Assembly (NCBI GenBank): GCA_032718475.1
Contig: JAUCBJ010008244.1
Span: 1 to 64,000 of the forward strand
Direction: 5' to 3'
DNA length: 64,000 nucleotides
Source of the DNA: Nemertoderma westbladi
Taxonomy: Eukaryota; Animalia; Xenacoelomorpha
Under the pieces are notes generated by a model, which was not told where the DNA came from, searched no databases, and saw only the letters and a program-made list of their open reading frames with translations. Numbering within the stretch: position 1 is the stretch's first letter; every line of letters begins with the position of its first letter. Positions 39,052-52,272 of this stretch are shown here, in pieces. Position numbers and translations under genes: made by a program.

Positions 39052-39650
39052 AACGGCAGTACAGCAATACGGTGTACCGTGCCAATGACTGAATGATTAG
39101 CGGTAACTATCTAAACTATTATATTATTATTACCGGTACTGGGCTAATTAGGCCTAAACTATAATCACCGCAGGGATTGCCGGGGCCATGTTTAATTAGA
39201 TTACATGATATGGCATGTCTGCAGTGTATGGTACCGACTGACCAGTATTGCAGTATTGACTGATTGCAGAATTCTCGATTCAGGGATTGAGTACAGCCTG
39301 ACAGTACCGGTACACATGGTACATAGATGTATTGCAAAATTTGTCAGAAACCCAGCTGTTTATCCTACAGTAATAATAATTTAACGCATTTTAATTTTGG
39401 ATAAATTAATTTATTATAACTGCAATAACAGTTACACTGCTGCTGCACGAAGGCCCCACGCAAATTCTACTTGGAAAATTTTCAAACTTTTGCCAAACAA
39501 CATGTGTACCAAGTTTGGATAGATTTCATCAAGGATTGGCCGAGTTATTAACGTTTAAAATAAAATACTGAAAAAAAACGCGACAGAACGACAGGTTGAT
39601 TAATGGTACCCCTACGCTAAGGCTCACTCACTTCGTGGCTCGCCCCACAA

Positions 39651-40005
39651 TCCAATGCCAGCAACAATTACTTCTGGTATTCCATAAGCTCTTAGGATTT
39701 CAAGCATTTTACCTCTATGGATGGAGTCGAATGCCTTCTTGAAGTCCACAAAAGTCATGACTGCGGGGAGATTCTTTGACTTAATTCCTTCAATCAGTCT
39801 CCGTGGCGCAAGTATCTGAGCTATTGTTGATCTATTTGGTCGAAATCCGTTTTGGCTCTTACGCAGTAGTTTCTCTATGTGAGGCCTAATCCTAGATATA
39901 GAATCATTTTATTGTCTATTTTGGCAGCTACCACAAGCAGACAGATCTCACGATAGTTTGTTGGTATGCCGAGGTCTCCTTTCTTGGGGAGAGGCTTTCC
40001 ATGAG
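39651..40005 (-). mobile_element. RTE-clade LINE, N-terminal RT fragment
   Basis: PLPKKGDL..NYR; SQNGFRPNRST; FVDFKKAFDSIHR; YGIPEVIVAGIG, joining VLYCDTEA at 26450. Confidence 0.88.
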
Positions 40006-40169
40006 CTCCATTTATGTACTGTGGTAACATACATAACCCCCCCCCCCCCCCACATGCAACCCCCTCGCCCCACCCCCTCCTACCCCCCCACACAGCCCCC
40101 CTCACACATGCACCCCTCCCCACACACACCCCCCCTCCCAATCATCATAGCTATGTTACTTCCTCCCTG

Positions 40170-40420
40170 TGATAACGGGTTAAGATTTGTTTTTTAGAGT
40201 GGTTTTAAAATTAATGTAAGAGGTAATTTTTCTGGTGTCAAGAGGTAGTTCATTCCATATTTTTATTAGTTTGGCAGTTATGCTGTTGTTGTGACCGAAG
40301 TTGTTTTTTGTTGAAGGTATTTTTAGCTTGTACGTGCGTTTGTTTAGGAGTTGTGATTTGTTTGATATGAAATTGAAATTGTTTGAAATTGTTTTGTTTA
40401 ATGACATATTCGTTAAAGGT
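40170..40420 (-). mobile_element. Degenerate LINE 3' fragment
   Basis: KIWNELP...FK motif typical of CR1/L2 ORF2 C-termini. Confidence 0.6.
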
Positions 40421-40508
40421 ACCGGTAATATAGTTAGTTATACTTGATACTTGATATTTATTTCTTTCTGCTGGTTACATATTAAATACATATTAACAAC
40501 ACCACCCC

Positions 40509-40541
<33 letters not shown>

Positions 40542-40739
40542 GGTGCCTGGTCCTTTTGAAATTTCGAATGTAGGCATATATTACCGAACACATACACGTA
40601 TGTATTGTGTAACGTAAATCAAGTAGTTTAACTATATTGTGGTTCGCATATATTTTAATTCTGTTTCAATTTTTATTGGGATTATTACCTTTATTTTTGT
40701 ATGATTAATATTAAAATTAAAATTAACGGTAAATGTTAC

Positions 40740-41563
40740 AGCTCTGAAAATAAGTGGTTTTTTAAGTTTGACGTAAAAGACGATTTTGATTTTTTATTGC
40801 GTATCTCTAGTGGCACAGAATTCCAGATCGAGGGTCCTCGAAAACTCACTGATCTCTGTGAGGAAGTTAGGTGACATAGTGGTATTGAGAAGTTGCCATG
40901 GGAGGCGCTGCGGGTAGGGTAGTTGTGGACTGAAGAACGTTTTCGGAATAGTTTACCGAGGGTGGAATTTGGGCTTATGGTTTTCTAATAAATATCGTAC
41001 ATGAAGGTGCAAACTGATAGTTCATAGAGTTTGTTAAGTGGTAAAATATTTAATTGTTTGTAAATGGGAATTGATGACGATCTGTAGTGTGAAAATGTAA
41101 TACAGCGTAAAAGTTTATTGATTTTTGTACGTAGTGGTTTCAGTGTTGTGGAATGGGTGCTACCCCATACCAGGATCCCATAATTAACGTAGGGATGGAT
41201 CAGTGAAAAGTAGAGGGTTCCGAGTATATGTAGAGGAAATATGTGCCTAAGTTTATAGAAAATACCGCTGGATTTATAAATTTTTTTGAGTACCTGATTT
41301 ATATGTGTTTTCCACTTTAGTTTTGAATCTATCCAAATGCCAAGTAATTTTGTGTTGTCTGTCTGTTTGATATCGGTGTTGTTAATTTTTAGTTGTAATC
41401 TGTTGTTGGTGGTAGAAGGAATAGGAAGGTTAGTAAATATGGTGTACTCAGTTTTCTTCAGGTTTAGTAATAGTTTATTGTCACGTAACCAGTCGTAGAT
41501 TTTTGTTAATTCACTGTTTGTACTAGATATTAATGAGTGGATATCACGATAAAACATATACAC
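40740..41563 (-). mobile_element. CR1/L2-like LINE ORF2 3' fragment
   Basis: WLRDNKLLLNLKKT, KLLGIWIDSKLKWKTHI, YGILVWG; FRGPSIWNSVP downstream. Confidence 0.85.
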
Positions 41564-41784
41564 ATTAAAATTTGCACTCAGCCATGCTAGATAAAAAGCA
41601 CCACAGAGATGTGCTGTGTAAATAATACTTAAATAAAATTAAATTTAAAATTGACAGACTGAACATGAATATTAAATGATGTAATGGTAAAATTGAATGC
41701 ACTCTTATTTATATATATGGTTAATTCTATCTAATACATACTGTATGACAATCAAACGAAATAAAACCGCAATGTTTAAATATT

Positions 41785-44700
41785 GTACTTTTATTTATTT
41801 CAACTATGAGTTCTATAAAGTAATACAAGAGTGCTAATTAGAATTAGGAAAAATAATTTAATGTATTTACTTGGTGACAATGGAAGGCGGGGTATAGACA
41901 TCATTAAATGTGTTTTTCCAAGAACCGCTGCAATGCATAATTAAATTTACGGTTTCTAGATTCGATTTAAATACATTTAGGGAATTAGCGAGGACTACTT
42001 TAGATGGTAAACTGTTCCACACGGATATCCTACGGACACTGAAATGGTTCTGGTGTATGCAGTTAGATGACCTTGGAATAAAGATAGCTGCACCATTACT
42101 ACGATTAGACAAGATGGTCGGTTTGAACATAATTTTACCACTGAGAGGGGACAGGCCACGTATAATCTTATACATTTCTACCAGATCTATCTGTATACGT
42201 CGCTCCTCTAGTGATTTACAGTTCAGTCTTTTCATTCTGTTGGCGTAACTCAAACCGGCCATACCAGGTAGATATCGAACAAAATGCCGTTGAACACGTT
42301 CTAGAATATTTATGTCTTTATCTAGGTAAGGGCACCAGATAGCGCTGTTATGCTCGAGGATCGGACGGCAGTATGTTGTAAATAAGCCGAACTGGAATGC
42401 AGCATCACGGTGTCCAAAGGAGCGGCGTATTTGACCAAACGCTCTTCGGGCTTTGGAAGCAATATGGGCCACGTGCTCACTGAAACGTAGGTCGGAGGGT
42501 ATAATTATGCCAAGATCTCGAGCACAACTCGAGTTTTCCAGTTCAACGTTGTTCATATAATAACGCCGATTATAAATTGACTGGGAGGCTTGTAGCGAAA
42601 CTACAGAACACTTTGGGATATTTAGTTCCATCTGCCAAGTCTGTGACCATTCCAGGATAGAATCTATATCCGATTGAAGCAAAACTGAGTCGTTTTCCGA
42701 GAAGATAGGACGATATAACTTTGTATCATCAGCATATAATTTTATTTCAGTGTTCCTAGAGATGTTATCAACAATATCATTAATAAATAGAATAAATAGC
42801 AGAGGGGCAATAACGCTGCCTTGCGGCACCCCGCTCGTAACAACTATGGGCGATGATAGTGCGCCATTAATAACAGTACATTGCTTGCGATCTCTGAGGA
42901 ATGCACCAAACCACTTCAACAGGTTTCCCGTCAATCCCATAAGATTGCAGTTTGAATAGCAACTTCTGATGGGAAACCTTATCAAAGGCTCGACGAAAGT
43001 CCGTATAGATAACATCAACTGGGATTCCCAAGTTGCGTAAATTTACCCAGTCCCATGAGCTCTCGAGAAGCTGAGTGAATGTAGACTTCTTCTGCAGGAA
43101 TCCATGCTGATGAGAAGTAATCATTTTGTTTTTAAGCAGGAAAGATGACAACGAGTCTCTGATAATTGTTTCCATCAGTTTAACTAAGAGTGATGTGAGC
43201 GATATGGGACGGTAGTTGCTGGGGAATGATTTCGATCCTTTATTCTTGTATACTGGGACCACATGAGCCATCCGCCACCCATTGGGAATACATCTGTTAT
43301 CAAAAAACTGCTGGAATAATCGCTGTAATGGATCAGCCAACCAGGTACAAAGTTTACGTAGCAGGATGGCTGAAATCTTATCTGGTCCAGATGACTTGTT
43401 GACTTTTAACTTTGACAGTAATTTATAAACGTCCCAACTTTTAAAATTAACCGATGTAAGCTTCTCGTTAGGGGGACGTTTGGAAGTGGAAGTGGAAAAA
43501 TATCATTATCTTTAGTAAATGCTGATTTAAATGTTTCGTTAAATAGGTTTGCACGCTCTGTATCACCAACAACAATCTCGCCATTTTCGTCAATCATTGT
43601 TGGAATTGTACTCTGTCTGAATAGGTTTGATTTTGTATATCGCCAGAATTTCTTAGAGTTTTTGTGACGTAGTATGCGGTCCTCGTGTTTTGTCCGATAG
43701 GAAATAAATATTGATTCTAACCTAGAAGTCAGTGCTGCTAAGTTGTCACGTAGAACCGATGATCGACAATGATCTGTACACCCATGTAGTTTACTTCTTG
43801 TGCGGTGGATTTTTCTAAGTAACTTCTTAGTTGCAGGATTCTCCTTATACTTGGTAGGTTTATAAATAGGTACACAGTCTTCTACGATTGAGTTTAATAT
43901 ACACTCCAACGATTCAAGGTTTTGCTCCGGTTGCGTTGCCAGTTTGAGTTGACAACTTTACCCCAGTCGATGTGTGCTGCAATTCCAGATATCTCATCCC
44001 AATTAGCTTTTGACCAATCTTTACTAGTAACGCTATGTTTTATAGGTACAATTGTAGGTAGATACCCACCATTCACAACGAAATGATCACTTCGGATATC
44101 GCCAAAACCAAACCGGTCGCCAACAGTTTGACATCCTGTTAGAATTGGGCAATTAGTTAATAACAGATCGAGGATGCCACCATGGATGTGGGTGGCTTCG
44201 TGGAGATGTTGCAAAAGATCTCTGTCGGATACCTCATCAATAAAGCGCTGGGTTAGACTAGGTTGCTGACAGTTAACGCTAGGGGCTGGGATTGACCAAT
44301 CGATATGACGAGAATTGAAGTCGCCAGTAACAATAACAGAGCGGGTTAATTCAACAGGAAAATAATAGTCTAGGTCCTTCTTGAAGCAGTTGAAGTGATC
44401 CGCCGTCATATATGGTAGGTACACTGTTCCGATACGGATAGGAACTTTGTAAGCAAATAAATCAACCCATATACATTCACCAAGGGGAGTATGATGTACA
44501 TCAACCTGAGTAGCGTTTAGTTCGCGTGATATCAGCATTGCCACCCCACCGCCTCTGTTACTACCTGCTCGGTCACGTCTAAATATGTCAAATCCAGCCA
44601 ACTCGGGACCAGCGAAAATATCATCTGAATCATCGTCTAGTAAATGAGTTTCGGTTAGACAGATGACTAAAGGAGACGTTGAGTGTGAAGTTGCTAGTAG

Positions 44701-45900
44701 TTTAAGTGCTTTCAGTTTATTCCTAATAGATTGGCAATTCATGTAGAATAGTATAGGAACCACAGAGTTGGTATTATCATTACACTTAACTTAATTCTAG
44801 TATTACTTTGATCACAGAGTTCTGGAGCATTAACTGAGTGCACTGATCCTCAAGCCTGGGAAGGACCGATAACTGAGACATCTTCAATATCGGAGACAAC
44901 TTGGGAAGAAACTATAGGAACAATATGTGGAGATGAAACATTGAGTTGATTGTTTCGGGTAGCGTCATGCGAGTGACTACCTGAGGATGCACCTCGGTTT
45001 CGATTTGCTTGCCGAAGCATATATTCCTGCTTGGACTGCAGATTAGTCAAGTCTCGATTAACATATACCATGGAGTGTCTCGTTGAACTTCGCAGTTTGT
45101 TTTTCGATTTCAAGATGGATGATTTACAGTTGGATGTTTTTAGTCTTACAATAAACATTGTTGGTTTATTGTCCTTAGCTGGGCGACGATACAACACACG
45201 GTCGACTGGATCGTCCACCGAATCCAATTCGCTAGTCAGGAAGTCGTTGATCGATTGTACATCGTTACTAGCATTTGCCGGCAAGGGTAACCCGGAGATA
45301 ACAATATTTTTTTCCTGTTTCTGTTGTTCCACAATTTCTTGTTGGACATCATTTACTGATAAATACGGATCGTCATCCTTGCACCGCGGTTTATTTTTCC
45401 TATTAGGTTGTTGCCAAACGTCGGAGTCGGAGGAGATCACATTGTCTACACACGCTTTTGTTACAGCTTGTGTAAGTGTACTGATTTCACGCTGTATAGA
45501 TGAAAGAGATTCAGTGAGTTCGAAAGAATCAGAGCTACGAATTGTAAGTGCACCCTTTGATTCGCACGGAGAGCACACAATTTTACAGTTTGTACACTTC
45601 GTGAGGATTTTGAGATCAGTAGTTGATAAGTTCAGACACGCTGTGTGGATCCATGAACCACAGATGTCGCAACCAAGGCAGTCATTGCCCACAATCTTTT
45701 TACAGCAATGAGGGCAAATATCACCCTTGCTACACGCCGAGCAATGATCCTCATAAGAACTCTTCTCTAAGAATAGAGCTGAACAGCTGTCACAGTTAAA
45801 CAATTTGGACATGTCAACTTTGGTAGAAGCGGACATTGGTTTCTGTTTTGCGTTCGATTTCCTCCTGTCAGACATTATGTTACGTTGCTGCTAATATCAT
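41785..45900 (-). mobile_element. Near full-length CR1-like LINE (ORF1 plus frameshifted ORF2)
   Basis: ORF1 44850-45875; APE endonuclease 43894-44763 (CLTETHL, GDFN, SDH); RT in 42867-43340 and 41867-43018 (GVPQGS, YADD); AATAAA near 41790. Confidence 0.93.
44850..45875 (-). CDS. LINE ORF1 protein with a PHD finger
   Basis: CPHC...CDICGSWIHTAC...CSPC; NIVISGLP; YVNRDLT. Confidence 0.85.
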   Translation of the reverse strand: MSDRRKSNAKQKPMSASTKVDMSKLFNCDSCSALFLEKSSYEDHCSACSKGDICPHCCKKIVGNDCLGCDICGSWIHTACLNLSTTDLKILTKCTNCKIVCSPCESKGALTIRSSDSFELTESLSSIQREISTLTQAVTKACVDNVISSDSDVWQQPNRKNKPRCKDDDPYLSVNDVQQEIVEQQKQEKNIVISGLPLPANASNDVQSINDFLTSELDSVDDPVDRVLYRRPAKDNKPTMFIVRLKTSNCKSSILKSKNKLRSSTRHSMVYVNRDLTNLQSKQEYMLRQANRNRGASSGSHSHDATRNNQLNVSSPHIVPIVSSQVVSDIEDVSVIGPSQA

Positions 45901-46117
45901 CAATTTAAAATTGTTAAAACAGTTCAAAATTATAATATCAGTATATATCAGTATATAATATCTGCTTACTGTACTGCAGTACTCAGTACAGTAAGTACTC
46001 TAGTAAGAGTACATTTATAATGCAGCCTCTTTGTAATCAATTCAGCAAATAATTGAACATGGTGTTGAAACATGGGATATAAAAGGAGGAGTTAGACTTA
46101 AGAATGGCTTTGATAGG

Positions 46118-46530
46118 TTATAAATGTATTTGAAGAGGAATAACAGTCCAAAGTATTCGCGATAAGAAGCGATCAGTGACAGTGCAGTCTCTAATACGTG
46201 TGTTGTAAATCGAGCGTAATGCGTAATTCTGTGTTTTTTCTAGTTTGTAGAGAATGTCTTTGTAGCCGTATGTGTCATGTAATGATAGGAGTAGTTGACA
46301 GCAGTACTGGTGAAATGGCAGAGTCATTGCTTTATAAATATTTATTTTTGTTAATGTTGATAATTGCCCTTTTATTTTATGGAGACAGGATATACTAAGA
46401 TTCATCTTTCTAATTATTGTTTCTATTTGATCGTGTAGTGTAGTGAACATGTAGTGAACATGTAGTGAACTGTTATTATGATGCCTAAGTATTTTATCGT
46501 AGTGGATTGTTCAATCGTTATAGAGTTTAC
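46118..46530 (-). mobile_element. Degenerate LINE RT C-terminal fragment
   Basis: IKYLGII-like motif, YKAMTLP..QYC, LEKTQNYALRSI. Confidence 0.65.
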
Positions 46531-46589
46531 ATTCAGTTTGAGGTCAGAAACTAGGGAATCCTATTGAAATTACTATTACTATGTATAAT

Positions 46590-47126
46590 GAAAGGTCGAT
46601 TATCTCCAAATATTTTTTTCATGAAATTGTCAACTTCAAAACCCTACTACTTTTACAATTTTTGAGTAATTAGTCTGAAACTTCCTGTGGGTGTCTAGAT
46701 AGCCACCCTGCATAAAAGTATCAGACAACTTTTCGAAATTTTTTGTTAATAAAATTTAATACTATTTATAAAAAACATAAAAATTAGCATAAATTTGCAG
46801 CGCCACCTAGCGGTGCAGAATTATTTTAACAAAATTTCGCCTGATAGTTATGTTGCCCCATCTTTGATCTATCATATAAAAAAACTTTCGTGTGATTAGG
46901 TTCAAAACTGTAAAAGCCTTAGGGTTTTAAGCGCAACCAAGTTTTTTTTATTGTTAACTAGTATTAACTAATATTAAACAGCGAAAAAAAAAAAATTTCT
47001 GACCTGTCATGTAGAATAGCATCTTAGGCACCTATATGCCAAATTTTAGCCAAAACCAAACAATTTTGAAACGCTGAGAGTGATAAATCGAAGAGTTGTC
47101 TGAAAATGGCGTACCCCCCCCCTTAA
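46590..47126. mobile_element. Fragment of a non-autonomous DNA transposon (Kolobok/piggyBac-like end)
   Basis: Ends GGCGTACCCCCCCCC followed by TTAA; the other terminus was not found. Confidence 0.4.
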
Positions 47127-47419
47127 AGAACTACCCCATTCATCCTATGACCAATATTACTTATTTGTACATAGTATTGAACTTATAGTTACTTGGTTTA
47201 GAACGGTTCCATCGTCGCTAGTCTCTGAAAGGCAACTGTATCCTTGGTAAACATTTGAGTACAACTCATAATCGTGAATCGAACAGCTGTCCCAGCCTCC
47301 CCTCATTCTGTGGAATAACATCATTCATTATGTTAAATAGACAGAACTCATCATTACATTGTATATGGGATGGTTCCTTTTTGACTTGAAGTAGAAGGAG
47401 ACAGCTGTAGGCCTGCCAA

Positions 47420-50400
47420 CAATAAGACCAAGAAAGATACCGGTACTAGGCCTATCCAGTTTTTATCTTTTGAGTCAGACTACAGCCAGACAGCACAATG
47501 TCACCGCTCTTAATCTCCACAGTTGTCATCGTTCTGGGCCGTTTCGTTGTGGCAGAACCACCCGATCCGCGGGGTAATCCTGCAACCCACCCAATACCCG
47601 TATTGGACTGGTTTGCCGAACACCCTGTCGCTACCGTTTCGAACTGCCGTGCCGAATCGATGGAGATGTGGTGGATTTAGCCTCTACTGCTCTCGTCGGG
47701 GAAGAAGATCTTGCTGTCTTGGGTCTCCTCTCCACGAACTAGAGGCCTAATCGCCAAACTCTGTCTTCTGTCTCTGGCTGGGGATATTGAGACCAACCCA
47801 GGACCCAGCAGGATGCGGGCCCCAAAGATCAACTGTCCCGTCTGTCAACGAGGAACAAACTCTCGGAGTAAGATCATCCAATGCGAGAGTTGTGACACAT
47901 TTGTACATTTAAAATGTTACCGTAGGAAAAGCAGTAATTTATTCTCCACCAAAAACAATCTTGAGCCAAGTTTTCTCTGCAATAGCTGTATTTTTACCGA
48001 ACTTCCCTTTCATGATACTATTTTAGAATCAGAAACCGACGATTCATTCCTCACATCGCCTCTGCAAACTCCAAGTAATGCTGAGAGTGAAACTTTTAAA
48101 TTTTTTAAGAAAAAAGGTCTGCATTTTTTGCATTTAAATGCACGATCTCTGCTTCCCAAACTTTCCGAAATTCGTATTTTAATCAATAAATCCAACCCAG
48201 CAGTTTTAACAATCTCTGAAACTTGGCTCGATGATAGCGTTTCTGATGGAGAAATTTATATTGATAATTACGGAGTTTTATGTAAGGATAGGGACAGACA
48301 CGGTGGTGATGTCTGTACTTACATTCGATGTGATTTAGCTTTTAATCGTAGGGAAGATTTAGAGACTTGTGACGAAGTTTTACTGGTGGAACTTTTACTT
48401 CCTAAAACTAAACCTATTTTAATCGGTACTTTATATCGGCCCCCTAAACAATGAGATTTTTTGCAAAATTTTGAAAATACAATTTTATGTAATCTTAGGT
48501 CAGACTGTGAAATATATTTCTTAGGTGATTTTAATATCCTGTTACCATCACAAAGCATCCCCCATCTGTAAACAGTACCAAAGTATTTTAAATTTGTTTG
48601 GTTTAAAACAAATTATTCGAGATTCTACCAGAATTACCAGTAAAACTTCTACTTTACTAGATCACATCCTTTGTAATAATACCGATATTATTTCTCAATC
48701 TGGGGTTTTACCTATAGGTCTAAGCGATCATTTTATAGTTTTTTGCACAAGAAAGACACAAAAATCTTTTTTGGGGATCATAAAACAGTAACAGTTAGGT
48801 CTATGAAAAATTACAGCAAGGAACGCTTTTTAAGTTTGTTAGTTAATTCTGACTGGGAACCCTGTTTTAAGGCCGCTGACATTAACCTTGCGTACACTGT
48901 TTTTAAAGGTATGTTTCTAAAGGCACTTAATACTGTAGCACCAATTAAAGAAATTAGTCTTAAACAACGCACTGAGCCCTGGATGACCTCGGGTATTCTT
49001 AGTAATATCAGAGAAAGAGATAACTATTTGTATAAATTTAGGAAATACCGTGTTTTAGCTGATTATAATAATTACTGCAAATATAGAAACCTTGTCCAAC
49101 GGGAAATAAAAAAAGCTAAATCTGAATATTTGTACAACAAAATAAGTGAGAATAAAGATAATCCTAAAAGTCTATGGTCTACCCTAAAATCTTTAGGTTA
49201 TAAAAACCTTAAATCTAAATCGAATATTGTTCTGCAAGATAACGGTGAGCTGATTCATGATCATACTCTAGTTAGTAATTTATTTAATAATTATTTTACT
49301 ATAATGTTGCCTCTAATTTAGTTAAGAAGTTACCGTTATCAAGTAATAAATATAGTATAGGGTCCGAAACTCTAAATAATTTTTATTTAGAAAAGTTACA
49401 AAATTCAGAAAAGTTATTTTTAAAACCCGTTTCTGAGGATTTCGTTTTTCAAAATCTACTTAGCCTATCAGCCTCAAAAAGTACCGGTCTAGACCTAATA
49501 ACTGCCCGTTTTCTTAAGGATGGTGCTGAAGTACTTAAAGTGCCTATCACTTTTATTATTAATTACTCTATCGTAGATAATGTAGTACCAGACGAACTGA
49601 AATTAGCTAAGGTTGTTCCTCTGTATAGTCTGTATAGTAAAGTAGAACCCTGTAATTACAGACCTGTTAGTATCTTAAGTATTGTATCTAAAATTCTAGA
49701 ACGTTCTGTTTTTCTACAGCTGGAAGCACATCTTAGTAGGCTAAATCTGATCTATGAACTTCAGTCCGGTTTTCGTAAATCATATTCTACACCTGCCTTA
49801 TTAACTTAACTGATACAATTAGATGTAATAACGCAAAGGGTTTATATACTGGTATGGTAATGTTGGACCTAAAAAAGGCTTTCGATACAGTAGATCACGA
49901 AATTCTGCTTGGTAAGTTAGGCCTGATGGGTGTAGGTTCTATAGACTGGTTCAAGTCCTACTTGTCAGACAGAGGTCAAACTGTAGTCATTAGCAAATCG
50001 CAGTCTACTGTACAAGATATTACCTGTGGTGTACCGCAAGGTACTGTAGTATAGTACTGTACTATAGTATAAGGTCCTCTGCTTTTTGTATGCTATGTAA
50101 ATGATATGATAAGTAGTATAGATCCCGATTTTAAACTCATTTTATATGCCGACGACAATGCTCTTATTTTCTCTCATAAAGAAAAGATCCTATCCATATT
50201 TCCCAAAAGTTAAGTGCAGTTCTAGAATCCTGTAATGAGTGGTTTGTTGATAATAAGCTATCCATTCACTACGGTAAGACTGAAAGTATTTTGTTTGGTT
50301 CCAAAAGAAAGTTAAAGAAGGTAACTAAGTTTGAAGTCACTAGTAATGGACATAAGATTGAGAATAAAAAGGAAGTTAAATATTTGGGCGCCACATTGGA

Positions 50401-51320
50401 TAACTGCTTATCAGGAGAAAGTACAGTGAAAAATATTTTCTCGAAAGTTAACAGTAGGCTTAGGTTTCTATACAGAAATAAAAATAGTTTGAACACCGAC
50501 TCCCGCAAGTTACTTTGCCCTTCTTTAATACTTTTTTACTAATTTGCTTTTCTATGCGTGCTCTACTTGGTATGAAGGCTTAACCAAACAGCTTAAATGT
50601 AAATTACAAGTAGCTCAGAATAAAGTAGTACGATTTATTAAAGACTACAAACCTAGGCACCACCTAACTCCAGATGACTTTTCTGAATCTGGACTACTTA
50701 ACTTAGATAGTAGAGTTAAGCAGCTACGTCTTAACCATGTGCATAAAGTGTATAATGGTAAATGTCCCAATTACCTAAAACAAAAATTCAACAGGGTACG
50801 CGATACACACTCTTACAGTACCAGAGCTAGTGCTTCAAACTTCTACCTCCTGATTTGTAAATCCTTTGAATCTGATACTTTCTTTTTTAACGGAATTAAA
50901 AATTGGAACGCTCTGCCTAATGAAATTAAAAACCTAGATAATCAACATTCTTTTAAATCTGCAGTTAAATCTCATCTCCGTGTGCAATGTAAAAATAGGT
51001 ACAATAGTCCTACAGTAAGTTATTAGTTTATTAATTATTTACTATTTATACTGTAATTACGTTTTATAATAAATTGTTCTGTACATTACATCTTTATCGT
51101 TGAGTCGGACATTGTCACGCTCTTGGTAAAGTTGTACATGTACATAGTGTAATTACGTTTTATATTGGTTTTAGGTTAGCGTAGTGTAATATTGTATTTG
51201 TAACCAAGTAACATAAAGGACCCCCTTGGAAATAAGCTGCAAAGCTTTAGGGGTAATCCTATATGTTATGTTGGACAATACCTTTATACCGGTACATTGT
51301 TTGGTGTATTTTTTATTTAA
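47420..51320 (+). mobile_element. CR1/L2-group LINE (2A peptide, PHD, APE, RT), heavily frameshifted
   Basis: [64 protein letters not shown]; 5' boundary approximate. Confidence 0.92.
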
Positions 51321-51599
51321 TTAATTAAATCAAATATCCAATATAACATTAATACATCAATAATTAAACGCTACAATACATTATTAATAGTAAAATACAA
51401 AAGTAATCTGTACATAATATTACAATAATAAGAATAATGGAACATTTTATATAACCTAAATAAATTTGTGTATGAGTGGCGAGCAAGAAGGGCCTGCAGA
51501 TGATAATGCTACTCTAAAAAAATAAATTAAGAAGACAACAATACTAATTTTGATAAAATGTGATATGAGCTAAAATGTGATAAAAAAAAGGGAAAGGAA

Positions 51600-51816
51600 T
51601 AATAAAAGGCATCTATTCGTCGTGCAGGAGGTGATCACTATTAAAGTAGGAAAATCTCGTCTAGTTTTCTGTTAGAGGGGAAGGTGCCGAGGACTGCGGT
51701 GGCATTTCCTCTTACCACCGCCATGGATAGGTGTTGGTGGAGGAAAGCTGTGGACCGGGGTTCACTAGTGGTATGGGCGATCCTCCTCCCTATCTCACGA
51801 TTGGTGCTGGTTGCTT
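51600..51816 (-). mobile_element. 3' end of a CRE-like (RLE-type) non-LTR retrotransposon
   Basis: Translates IGRRIAHTTSEPRSTAFLHQHLSMAVVRGNATAVLGTF, like the LxQRLSxAxQRGNA C-terminus. Confidence 0.65.
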
Positions 51817-52272
51817 TGTAGTGGAGAAAGAACTAGGTACTGTATAATATATGTTTTTGCCCCTACCGGTGATGTCGGCAGTACTGCACTACTTCTTTAT
51901 GATTTGATCACTGATTATTATTATATACTCTTTGACACAACAGGCCTATTTCAGTATTTGTTATGTTTGTACAGATAGATCCCCAGCCTGACAGCTTAGG
52001 GATTTATATTGGTGACCCGGACGAGATACGAGATTAAAATAAATAAACAAAAAAAAAAAACTACTGTTTGTAATTATTTTTACTAATAAACTTTACTATC
52101 TTAATTATTATATTTGTATATTGGAATACTGGAATTGGCCACTGTGACAAACTGCTAAAATATATAAGGCCTACCAGCCTATACAGCTATAGCGACCAAT
52201 GAGACTGCCGATACCGGTATTGGAATACAAACACGGTGCCGGTAGTCAAAATTCGAATACTCCATTTCAAGA

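Larger units (their letters stand above)
26451..39650 (-). mobile_element. Putative Helitron/Helentron-like non-autonomous element that hosts element 2 and a LINE fragment
   Basis: Interrupts the RTE reading frame with no TSD; GC hairpin at 26458-26481; 26454-26473 is an inverted copy of 39441-39460; GTGGGGC and GCCCCAC at the two ends. Confidence 0.45.

Noticed and set aside
40505-40540. C7-G30 run, and the C-rich tract at 40036-40140
   Set aside because: Low complexity; homopolymer length is unreliable
47124-47141. 16/18 match to the 32-bp satellite unit
   Set aside because: Too short to separate from chance without a search
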